DNA of 64,000 bases from Pseudomonadota bacterium (GTDB taxonomy: Bacteria > Pseudomonadota > Alphaproteobacteria > Caulobacterales > Caulobacteraceae): positions 4,243-68,242 of the forward strand of contig JAEWJI010000007.1 in assembly GCA_023386645.1 (NCBI GenBank), in the 5' to 3' direction. Below, piece by piece: positions 45,504 to 54,132 of this stretch (positions within the stretch are counted from its first letter, which is position 1; each line of letters starts with the position of its first letter). A model generated the notes under the pieces. The model saw only the letters and a list, made by a program, of their open reading frames with translations, ran no database searches and had not been told where the DNA came from. The translations under genes were made by a program, and so were the position numbers.

Positions 45504-45556
45504 GAATCGTTGACTCACGCCCCTCGACGGCGATTCGCAAATCAGCCTAGTGATTC
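45504..45556. promoter_or_regulatory. cluster of four GANTC (CcrM-type methylation) motifs in the ctrA / gafY-like intergenic region
   Basis: GAATC 45504, GACTC 45512, GATTC 45532, GATTC 45552. The first and third lie in an 8-bp inverted repeat, GCGAATCG...CGATTCGC. Confidence 0.6.
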
Positions 45557-45570
45557 TCCGTGGGGCGGCG

Positions 45571-45602
45571 TTAACCCTTCTTAAGGGTTCGGCCGGTTAA
45601 CC
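45571..45602. promoter_or_regulatory. TTAA-rich candidate CtrA-binding region upstream of ctrA
   Basis: TTAA at 45571, 45581 and 45597. The last is TTAACC. The spacing of the first pair is N6 rather than the canonical N7. Confidence 0.35.
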
Positions 45603-45669
45603 TCCGAACAAGGTTACCCGTTATGCAATCGGCGGGTGGCACGGCCAAGCTTCGCCTGGAGGGGCATGA

Positions 45670-46377
<708 letters not shown>

Positions 46378-46401
46378 CCGGTTCAACAGTCCAGACTTCG
46401 A

Positions 46402-46440
46402 AGCGCCCGCCGGACCTATCCGGCGGGCGCTGTCGTTTTG
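46402..46440 (+). terminator. rho-independent terminator of ctrA
   Basis: agcgcccgccgg-acctat-ccggcgggcgct followed by gtcgttttg, 25 nt after the ctrA stop. Confidence 0.8.
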
Positions 46441-46449
46441 TAGCCGGCA

Positions 46450-46556
46450 CCCCCTCCACCACTTCGTGGTCCCCCTCCCCATTTCATGGGGAGGACATCC
46501 GCGCCTATCCTCCCCACATCGTGGGGAGGGGGACCACCCGAAGGGTGGTGGAGGGG
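46450..46556. repeat. palindromic doublet (A + spacer + B), left flank of DUF559 gene
   Basis: A unit cccctccaccacttcgtggtccccctccccatttcatggggagga. B unit tcctccccacatcgtggggagggggaccacccgaagggtggtggagggg. The B unit contains the DUF559 GTG start. Confidence 0.85.
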
Positions 46557-46919
46557 CTGTTGAAGCCGGACGCCAAGACCTACCAGCGCGCGGGGCGCCT
46601 GCGCCGAACGCTAACGCCGCCTGAAGCCAGGCTCTGGCGCCATCTGAAAGGCTCAGCCCTCGCCGACCTGAAGTTTCGCCGCCAGCATCCCGTTGGCCCC
46701 TACATCCTCGACTTCTACTGCCCGGCAGCCCGTCTCGCGGTCGAGATCGACGGGCGTGATCATGAGATTCCGGAACGGCTGGCCCGAGACCGCGCACGCA
46801 CGTCCTGGCTGGAGACGCAGGGGATCAAGGTTGTCCGTTTCGCCGCGCCCGCCACCCGCGACCACCTGGAAGAAGTTCTGCGGGCGATCCGGGAAACGGC
46901 CCAGGCGCGACTGCCCTAG
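46521..46919 (+). CDS. DUF559 (Vsr-like endonuclease domain) protein
   Basis: TPPEARLWRHLKG...FRRQHPVGPYILDFYCPAARLAVEIDGRDH...RDRARTSWLETQGIKVVRF is the DUF559 pattern. The GTG start and first approximately 12 codons lie inside a repeat unit. Confidence 0.85.
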   Translation: MGRGTTRRVVEGLLKPDAKTYQRAGRLRRTLTPPEARLWRHLKGSALADLKFRRQHPVGPYILDFYCPAARLAVEIDGRDHEIPERLARDRARTSWLETQGIKVVRFAAPATRDHLEEVLRAIRETAQARLP

Positions 46920-46922
46920 AAG

Positions 46923-47037
46923 CCCCTCCACCATGCTCCGCATGGTCCCCCTCCCCACTATCGTGGGGAGGACAAGCCCACGCCTATCCACCCCATCGCA
47001 GACGGGGAGGGGGAGCACCCGTAGGGTGGTAGAGGGG
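46923..47037. repeat. palindromic doublet (A + spacer + B), right flank of DUF559 gene
   Basis: A unit cccctccaccatgctccgcatggtccccctccccactatcgtggggagga. B unit tccaccccatcgcagacggggagggggagcacccgtagggtggtagagggg (more degenerate). It starts 4 nt after the DUF559 stop. Confidence 0.85.
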
Positions 47038-47066
47038 CGCTGCGCCCGACGACGTGAAGCTGGCCT

Positions 47067-48326
47067 CTATCGTTCCCAGGCCACCGCCCCCTGCTTGTAA
47101 ACCGTCCGCACCTCGAACGGCTGCGTCATGTCGGCCTCCGGGTCGCGCGGGAGCACCACGAAGCTGGCCTCGTATCCCGGCTCCAGCCTTCCGATGCGGC
47201 GGTCGGGGAAGATGGCCGGGCCGGTGTCGATCCACAGGCGCAGGACCTCTGCGGGGGTGTAGGCGCCGATGTCCAGCAGGTTCTGCACCTCCGGGGCCGC
47301 CGTCGCCTGATAGTCGTCCGAGCCGATGGCGATCCTCACACCCGCGTCGCGCAGCGTCCGCAGGTTCTCGCGCTGCAACGCCTGCACCGCCGCCAGCGCC
47401 TCGCCCTGGCGGAAGTTGCGGCTGATGCCCGTGGTGGTGACCACCACCACGCCCGCTCGGGCCGCCGCCTGGGCGTCCCCCTCGCTTAGCCGATAGTCCT
47501 CGGCGTCCGTCCCACGCATCCAGACATAGCCCGGCAGGTGGTTGATCTCGTCGACCCCGGCGTCCACGGCCGCGCGGAAGTCGGCGGCCGTCTCGACATG
47601 GACCGTCACCGCCAGGCCCCGGTCGTGCGCCGCCTCGACCAGGGGCCGTGCGAGCGCCGGATCCAGCCCGCGCATCCCGTACCAGGCGGGATCTTCCGCA
47701 TGCTCGGCGTGGTGCTCCGAGCCGAGCAGGTACAGCTTCACGAAGTCGGCCCCGCCGGCCTTCAGCCGGTCCAGCACCGGCTCGATGTCTTCCTCGCCGG
47801 TCACCAGGTGAAAGGCGTCGCCCTCGAAGGTCTCGCCCTCGCGCGCCTGGCCGTAGTAGCCCGACAGCATGCCGTACAGCCGCACCGGATGGCCGCCCGG
47901 CGCCGTGATCCCGCCCAGCGAGAAGACCGCATCCACCGTGTCGGGCTGATTCAGCGCCGCCCGCGCCCCGGCGGTCCACTCCGCGCGCGAGTTCGGGTTC
48001 TTCACATACAGGATGCCGGCCGACAGGTAGGTGTCGCTCATCCCCCGCGCCATGCCGGGATTGTCCAGGTTGTGGTTGTGCGCCTCGCCGAAGGGCGGGG
48101 TGACCCAGGCGCCGTCCAGGTCCACCTCGGCGGTGTCGGGCGCGGCCCCCACGAACACGCCGTCGCGGACGCAGCGGCCGCCCGGTTCGAAGCCTTGGGG
48201 GGTCCACCAGCGGGCGTTGGCGTAGCAGGTCGTGGCGCCCCCTGCGGCCTCTTCGCCGGCTTGCGCCTCCGCGCCGGTCCCGGCCAGGGCCAGGACCAGC
48301 AGCGGCAGAAAACGGCGAACCCTCAT
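47067..48326 (-). CDS. secreted amidohydrolase family protein
   Basis: Signal peptide MRVRRFLPLLVLALAGTGAEA. GEAHNHNLDN metal motif. The ATG overlaps the upstream stop (ATGA). Confidence 0.85.
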   Translation of the reverse strand: MRVRRFLPLLVLALAGTGAEAQAGEEAAGGATTCYANARWWTPQGFEPGGRCVRDGVFVGAAPDTAEVDLDGAWVTPPFGEAHNHNLDNPGMARGMSDTYLSAGILYVKNPNSRAEWTAGARAALNQPDTVDAVFSLGGITAPGGHPVRLYGMLSGYYGQAREGETFEGDAFHLVTGEEDIEPVLDRLKAGGADFVKLYLLGSEHHAEHAEDPAWYGMRGLDPALARPLVEAAHDRGLAVTVHVETAADFRAAVDAGVDEINHLPGYVWMRGTDAEDYRLSEGDAQAAARAGVVVVTTTGISRNFRQGEALAAVQALQRENLRTLRDAGVRIAIGSDDYQATAAPEVQNLLDIGAYTPAEVLRLWIDTGPAIFPDRRIGRLEPGYEASFVVLPRDPEADMTQPFEVRTVYKQGAVAWER

Positions 48327-48748
48327 CGGGCCGCCGGATAGGCCATGGCGGCCGTGATCGTCGCGCCGGCCTCGGTGACCGTGAACTTGTGGGCGTCGAA
48401 GGTCGGCATGCCCATCATCTCGCTGCCGTTCGAGAAGGCGTAGCCTTCATCCGGCATGCCCATGGGCGACATGTCGAAGCGGTTGTTGCCGTTGGCGTCG
48501 TGCATGACCATCAGGGCGTACTCGCCCGGCGCCACGTCCTCGAAGGTCAGGGTCAGGTCGCCCGAGGTCGAGCCTTCACGGGTTTCGGTATGCTCGCCCG
48601 CGCCGCGCAGGAAGGTGTCGCGCCCGTTTAGCGTCAACAGGATCTCGCCGCCGCGCGCCTCCACTCCGGTCAGGGTCACGGTGACGTCGCCGGCAAGGGC
48701 GGGGGTCGAGAGCAGGGCGGCCGCGAGAGCCATGAGCAGGGTCTTCAT
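48323..48748 (-). CDS. DUF2141 family secreted protein
   Basis: Signal peptide MKTLLMALAAALLSTPALA. PGEYALMVMHDANGNNRFDMSPMGMPDEGYAFSNG is the DUF2141 signature. ATG 48748 has a GGAGA RBS. Confidence 0.8.
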   Translation of the reverse strand: MKTLLMALAAALLSTPALAGDVTVTLTGVEARGGEILLTLNGRDTFLRGAGEHTETREGSTSGDLTLTFEDVAPGEYALMVMHDANGNNRFDMSPMGMPDEGYAFSNGSEMMGMPTFDAHKFTVTEAGATITAAMAYPAAR

Positions 48749-48881
48749 CGTTTTGATCTCCATCAGCGATGAAGTACTTTAAAACACAAAGCTTGTGGAG
48801 ATGCAACGGTCCTCGTACCGGATTCAAGCGTCGAGCCGCCATCTGGATCGGCCGGCGGGCCTTTGCCTTGCGGCGCCGGCG

Positions 48882-49379
48882 TCACCGGCTCGGCAGCGGT
48901 TTCCCGAGCGCTGTCAGACGCGCCTCGGCCCTGGCCTCGAAGGAGGTTTCGGACAGCGCCGCGATCGCGCGCCGACAGGCCTCGTCCAGTGGAATGCCGA
49001 TCTCCTCGGACAGGTCCTCGGCGGCGCCATTGACCGCGTCCCAGCACGCGAAGACCTGCGGCAGCAGGGCCTTGGCGGCCGGCGTCAGCCGCATCACCCT
49101 TTCGCGCCCGTCCGCACCGGGCGTGGCGTTGACCAGTCCGTCCCGGGCCATCTGCAGCAGGGTCTGGCTGACGGCCGAATGGGTCAGGCCGACGATGGCC
49201 GCCAGCTCCTTGATGGTCGCCGACTCCCGAAGGATGAGGGCTTTGACGATCGGCGTGTAGCGAGATCGGAAGGGAAGACCCAGGCGCGCATAGAGCCTCT
49301 CGACGTCCCCATCCAGCATGAAGACAAGCTGGCGCAGCAGCGTACCCAGGCTTCTCTGTTCGGGATTGCTGGCGGACAC
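48882..49379 (-). CDS. MarR family transcriptional regulator
   Basis: Winged-helix segment TIKELAAIVGLTHSAVSQTLLQMARDGLV...DGRERVMRLT. GTG 49379 was chosen because the longer ORF runs through the AT-richer divergent promoter. The start is uncertain. Confidence 0.72.
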   Translation of the reverse strand: MSASNPEQRSLGTLLRQLVFMLDGDVERLYARLGLPFRSRYTPIVKALILRESATIKELAAIVGLTHSAVSQTLLQMARDGLVNATPGADGRERVMRLTPAAKALLPQVFACWDAVNGAAEDLSEEIGIPLDEACRRAIAALSETSFEARAEARLTALGKPLPSR

Positions 49380-49533
49380 CGGACCTGTGTCGCGGCTCTT
49401 TCGCCGGAAGGCAACCGCGACCCCCTGTGACCGGACCGCGCGCGCCTCCTCGCGGTCGGCCCCAATACCGCCGAATTCATACCCGCAGATAACTATAACA
49501 GCGCTTTCATAACGGCGCTCGACCGACAGGAGG

Positions 49534-50892
49534 ATGACCTTGGCTAGTCTCACGGCATTTCGCGGATCGGCTGTCGCGGGCCTGTGGCTCGCGGTCGCGC
49601 TGGGCGCCGCGCCAGCCGCCTCAGCGCGACAGGCAGGGAGCCAGCCCGCCCCGGCCCAGGCCGCCGCGTTCGACCGCGCCCAGGTCGCCGATGTGGTGGC
49701 GGGCGTTCAGCAGCTCGTGCGTGAGCACTATGTCGATCCGGCCCTGCGCCAGCCGATCGCCGCTCGTCTCCAGCAGGGCCTCCGGTCCGGCCGCTATGGC
49801 GTCGACGATCCCAACCGCTTCGCCGAGCTTCTGAGCGAGGACCTGCAGGCGGTCTCGCGGGACGGCCACATGGGCATCGACTTCGATCCCGCCCGGTTCG
49901 ACCGGCTCTCCACATCGCCCGAGGTCGACCAGGCCGAGACCGACCGGATGGCCATCCGCGTCAATCATGGGCTGACGGAGATGCGCATCCTGCCCGGCAA
50001 CGTCCGTTACCTCCGGATAAGGGGCTTCGAATGGGTCACCGACCGGACGGGGGCGGTTTACGACGCGGCGATGCGTTTCCTGTCCGAAGGTGATGCGATC
50101 ATCATCGATCTGAGGGGCAATGGCGGCGGCCACGGCTCGGCGGTCCAGTACGCCTTCAGCCACTTCATGCCCGCCGACGACGCCCTGCTGATGACCTTTA
50201 CAGACGACCAGGGCCGGCCCCAGCAGTCGCGCGTCCTTGCTCACCTGCCCAGCGGCCGACTGACCGGCCGCCCGCTGTTCGTGCTGGTCGACGAGGGCAC
50301 GCGGTCGGCGGCGGAGGAGTTCGCCTATCACGTGAAGCACTTCGACGCGGGCAGGCTCATCGGCGGCAAGACGGCGGGGGCGGCGAACAACAACACCTTC
50401 TATCCGGTCGCCCACGGTTTCGTAGTCAGCATCTCCGGATCCCGTCCGGTCCATGGGGTGACGGGGACCAACTGGGAAGGGGTTGGGATCATGCCGGATA
50501 CGGCCGTCGAACCGTCCGGAGCGCTCGACGCCGCCCATGCCGACGCTCTGGAGGCGCTCGCCGCCGCGGCCCCCGCAGACCAGCGTGTGCAGATCGCCTG
50601 GCTCGTCCCGCATCTGCGGGCGCGGGTCCAGCCGGTGACCCTGTCGGAGGCGGAGCTCAGCCGCTTCGTCGGCCGGTATGGCCCGAGGCAGATCATCCTC
50701 GAGGACGGCGCCCTCGTGCATCTTGCCCCCGAACTGCCGCCGCTGCGGCTTATCCCCCTGGGCGGCCGCGTCTTCGCCTTCCCCGACACCGACCAGGTCA
50801 GGCTGGAGTTTCAGGTCGAGGGCGATCGGGTGAGCGCGCTCAGGGTTCTTTCATCCCGGGGAACTTCCCGCGATCTTCCCCGGACGGAGTAG
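49534..50892 (+). CDS. S41 family peptidase (secreted)
   Basis: AGGAGG RBS and a signal peptide. IIDLRGNGGG and TRSAAEEFAY motifs of S41/tail-specific protease-like enzymes. Confidence 0.85.
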   Translation: MTLASLTAFRGSAVAGLWLAVALGAAPAASARQAGSQPAPAQAAAFDRAQVADVVAGVQQLVREHYVDPALRQPIAARLQQGLRSGRYGVDDPNRFAELLSEDLQAVSRDGHMGIDFDPARFDRLSTSPEVDQAETDRMAIRVNHGLTEMRILPGNVRYLRIRGFEWVTDRTGAVYDAAMRFLSEGDAIIIDLRGNGGGHGSAVQYAFSHFMPADDALLMTFTDDQGRPQQSRVLAHLPSGRLTGRPLFVLVDEGTRSAAEEFAYHVKHFDAGRLIGGKTAGAANNNTFYPVAHGFVVSISGSRPVHGVTGTNWEGVGIMPDTAVEPSGALDAAHADALEALAAAAPADQRVQIAWLVPHLRARVQPVTLSEAELSRFVGRYGPRQIILEDGALVHLAPELPPLRLIPLGGRVFAFPDTDQVRLEFQVEGDRVSALRVLSSRGTSRDLPRTE

Positions 50893-50896
50893 AGCC

Positions 50897-51808
50897 TCAC
50901 CGCCACAGCCAGTCCGCCGGCAGCCCCATCCGTACGCTGGCCTGGGCGGCTGGGCTGCTTGTCAGCACCAGCCGGTCGGCCGCCCGCGCGATCGTCTCCA
51001 CCGCCCGAGCCTGTAGCCCGCTCAGCCCATGCTCCGGCCCCAGGCCGATCCGCTCGCGCACCGCCCCAGGCGTCAGATCCACCGCCGCCCGCACAAGCAG
51101 CGGCTGGACCGCCGGGCGCGCCAGGCCAGGCAGGGCGGGGGCCTTTCGGATGATGTCCAGGAACTCGAAGATCACTGGCGAGGGGGTCAGGCGCGGGGTC
51201 ATGGCCGCCAGCTGCGCCTCCCATTCCGCCTGCGAGGTCGGCGCCCCGACCGCGCCATACAGCCGCGCCGCCTCGGCCCCCTCCGCCCAGGCGGCGTCCC
51301 GCTTCGCCGGCGTCAGCGGCCGCACGAACCGGTGATAGGCCTCCCCGAAGCCATAGCTGGCCGTCGCCTGCACCCAGTCCAGCAGTTCGGGGTCGTTCGC
51401 CGCATAGGTCCGGCCGTCGTCCGCCTCGCCGGTCACCCGCCAGTGCATCCGGTTGACGCCGGCGATCATCGCCTCGGCCACCGACCGCGCTCCATAGACC
51501 GTGACCATGGCCGCCAGCCCCGTGCGCCTCAGCCGCGCCACCGGTTCGGTGCGGAAGCTGGTGTGGTCCCAGACGCCCGAGCGCACCCGCGCTTCCGCCA
51601 GCTCCAGGATCACGGCCGCCACCCCGCCGATGAACAGGGCGACCGGGTTCTTGAAGATCCGCCAGGACACGCCGCCCGCCGGCGTCAGGGCCGGCTCGCC
51701 CGGAGGCTGGCTGAAATCGATCTCGGGCAGGCCGGGCGCGCGCATGAAATCCGCCGCCGTGGCGTCGATCCGGCGCTGAATGGGAGCGGGCAGGGCGATG
51801 GGGCTCAT
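50897..51808 (-). CDS. DUF2236 / MpaB-family oxygenase-like protein
   Basis: 303 aa from ATG 51808. SWRIFKNPVALFIGGVAAVILELAEARV and DPELLDWVQATASYGF are DUF2236-like. Confidence 0.78.
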   Translation of the reverse strand: MSPIALPAPIQRRIDATAADFMRAPGLPEIDFSQPPGEPALTPAGGVSWRIFKNPVALFIGGVAAVILELAEARVRSGVWDHTSFRTEPVARLRRTGLAAMVTVYGARSVAEAMIAGVNRMHWRVTGEADDGRTYAANDPELLDWVQATASYGFGEAYHRFVRPLTPAKRDAAWAEGAEAARLYGAVGAPTSQAEWEAQLAAMTPRLTPSPVIFEFLDIIRKAPALPGLARPAVQPLLVRAAVDLTPGAVRERIGLGPEHGLSGLQARAVETIARAADRLVLTSSPAAQASVRMGLPADWLWR

Positions 51809-52147
51809 GGCCTTGGGGAAACCCCGCGTCCCTCGGGCCTGTTCCGGGCGCCGGGCAGTTCGGCGGCCCAGGCTCCCCCCAGCCCGGACCGCCGTTCCAT
51901 TCCCCCGTTTGGGGAGACCGGCCGTTCGACAGGGATTTCGGCCGCCCACCGATCCCCCAATCGGTTACGCGGCAATGGCGTGTCGGGCCCGCGCCCGCGT
52001 GCTTCGAAATCCAGGCGTCGCGCCGGGCCGACGCTCGTCCCCCGGCGTCCCGCGTGCAGTAACATCGCGTTTTTCAAGCGGGAATGCCTGAGCGTCTCTC
52101 GGCGTGAGACTCTCAGGCTAGTCCGTGCGAACGCCTGGGGCTTACGG

Positions 52148-52861
52148 CTAGGCCCGGCCCACCGCTCGCCGCCCCTGGAGAGCGAGCGCCGCGCCGCCCG
52201 CCAGCATCAGGCCGAACAGGATCATCGCCCATTCGGTCATGGTGGGGATCACCGGAGGCGGCGGCGGAGCCTGACTGATCTCTACGTCGTCGATGAACAG
52301 GTCGCCCGAAATCTCGACCATATCGAAGAAGGCTTCCCAGCGGAACTGCACCTGGTCGCCGGGCAATAGGGGGGCGGTGCGCAGGCGGGTCTCGACGAAG
52401 GAGGACTGGGAGCCGCTCCAGTAGCCCGGGCTACCAGGTCCCGCGCTGATGTCGTAGCCGCCAGTCAGGAAGGTTCCGCCGGCGGTCTCCACGTCCGTGA
52501 ACGGCCCGCCATTGACCGAGATCAGCAGGCCGAAGCCATCCCAATAGTCCTCGAGGACGTAACGTCGATAAAAGCGGAGCTCCACCGGCCCCGCCCCCGG
52601 AACCGTATAGGGCGCCGAGGTGACCTCGCTCGTGGTGTTGTTGTTGATCGGGTCAAGCATCAGGGCGTTGGGCGCGCTGCGGCTGCTCACCGGCCGGACA
52701 TCCCAGACCCGCCCGCCGACGCCGAAGGACAACGACCAGCCGGGGGGCAGGCCCCCCGCCGCCGTGGTGTCGAAGGTCTCGACCCGCGCCAGGGCGGGCA
52801 CCGCCGTCCCCGCCCCGCCGATCACGAGCAACAGGCCGACCAGCCCGATCAGTCGTGTCAT
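52148..52861 (-). CDS. secreted protein (choice-of-anchor-J/MAM-like body) with IPTL-CTERM tail
   Basis: ATG 52861 follows GGGGGGA. Signal peptide MTRLIGLVGLLLVIGGAGTAVPALA. ETFDTTAAGGLPPGWS opening. Tail PPPPVIPTMTEWAMILFGLMLAGGAALALQGRRAVGRA. Confidence 0.75.
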   Translation of the reverse strand: MTRLIGLVGLLLVIGGAGTAVPALARVETFDTTAAGGLPPGWSLSFGVGGRVWDVRPVSSRSAPNALMLDPINNNTTSEVTSAPYTVPGAGPVELRFYRRYVLEDYWDGFGLLISVNGGPFTDVETAGGTFLTGGYDISAGPGSPGYWSGSQSSFVETRLRTAPLLPGDQVQFRWEAFFDMVEISGDLFIDDVEISQAPPPPPVIPTMTEWAMILFGLMLAGGAALALQGRRAVGRA

Positions 52862-53067
52862 GCGTCCCCCCAGTTCGCTCTGCGTCCGATCTCGGGTCCG
52901 CCCGGCGCACCGCCCAGCCCCGTCGGATCGCCGCGATGGCGGTCTGGTAACGACGATTTCCCTTGGGTCAACGCGGCGGCCTGACCGCATTTCGGTCGCG
53001 AGCCGTTGTTCGCCGGACGCCGCGCGGGCTATCAGGCCAGTGTGCGTAAGCAGCGTTTCAAGCCCGG

Positions 53068-54132
53068 ATGACCGCGTCCACCCAGATCATCGCCTGGTCG
53101 GTCTCGACCGCCGACGCCCCGGACGCCTTCGAGCGGTACCTCGTCGGCATGGCGGACCTCTACGAGGTATCCGGCGTCAGCGACCACGACCGCCTGCATT
53201 TCTACAACGAGAGCGGCGCGGCCCTCGCCCCCTGGGGCAGTCTCGGGAGCGGCCGGTCGGTGCGCCAGACCCTGGCGCGGGGGCCGGCGACGCTGCGTCG
53301 CTCCGACATCGACGGGATGAACATCCTGATCAACCAGGCCGCGACCGTGGGCGATTGCGACGGCCGGTCGGTGCGCGCCGCGCCGGGCTCGCTCCAGTTC
53401 CGCAACCTGGGTCGCCCGACCATGAGCCGGCTCGACCGCATCGACGTGCTCACCCTGCTGATCCCGGCCGCCCAGACGCCGTCGGTCTTGCTGGAGCGGG
53501 ACGTTCATGGCCTGGCGATTCCTCCCGACCAGCCGATCGTCCGCCTGGTCGAGAGCCTGATGCGCGAGACCTGGCGCCAGGCCCCGACGCTGGATGACGA
53601 GCAGCTGGACGCCGGCGTCCAGGCCCTGATGCTGGTCCTGACCCGGCTGGTCGGTCACAAGGCCACGGTCGGGGAGATCGAGATCGCGGCCCTGCGCCAC
53701 GCCGTCCGCCGCTCGGCCGCCCAGTATGTCGAGGCCGAACTCCTGGCTGGCCGCATGGCCATTCCAGCCGGCGCCATCGCGGCCCATATGGGCGTCTCGC
53801 GCGCGACCCTTTACCGGGCCTTCGACGATGAGGGCGGCGTCGCCCGCTACATCCAGGACCGTCGTCTGCGCCTGGCCCGCAGCGCGCTGCGCCGGCGCCA
53901 CGGGGCCGAGCCGGGCTCCGCCTCGATCGCCACCATCGCGGAAATCGCCGAGACCTACGGCTTCCCCTCCGCCAGCCATTTCAGCCGTCTGTTCAAGGCC
54001 CGCTTCGGCTATTCGCCCTCAGAGGTCGAGGCCCCCACGGTCGTGCCCGGCGTCGCCATGTCGGAGGGCCCGATCCGCCACGACCTGCTGGTTTCCTGGC
54101 TGGCCGACCTCGGCGCTGGCGGGCCGGCCTAG
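53068..54132 (+). CDS. AraC family transcriptional regulator
   Basis: C-terminal double HTH (VSRATLYRAFDDEGGVARYIQDRRL...ETYGFPSASHFSRLFKARFGYSPSEV). Confidence 0.85.
   Translation: MTASTQIIAWSVSTADAPDAFERYLVGMADLYEVSGVSDHDRLHFYNESGAALAPWGSLGSGRSVRQTLARGPATLRRSDIDGMNILINQAATVGDCDGRSVRAAPGSLQFRNLGRPTMSRLDRIDVLTLLIPAAQTPSVLLERDVHGLAIPPDQPIVRLVESLMRETWRQAPTLDDEQLDAGVQALMLVLTRLVGHKATVGEIEIAALRHAVRRSAAQYVEAELLAGRMAIPAGAIAAHMGVSRATLYRAFDDEGGVARYIQDRRLRLARSALRRRHGAEPGSASIATIAEIAETYGFPSASHFSRLFKARFGYSPSEVEAPTVVPGVAMSEGPIRHDLLVSWLADLGAGGPA

Noticed and set aside
45571-45584. TTAA-cccttc-TTAA as a canonical full CtrA box
   Set aside because: The spacing I count is 6 nt, not the established N7. It is kept only as a low-confidence candidate region, not called as a site.
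52087-52120. Imperfect 12-bp inverted repeat (cctgagcgtctc / gagactctcagg) downstream of the IPTL gene at 52148
   Set aside because: It has one mismatch, no U-tract and no second copy seen. That is too weak to call as a terminator or operator.
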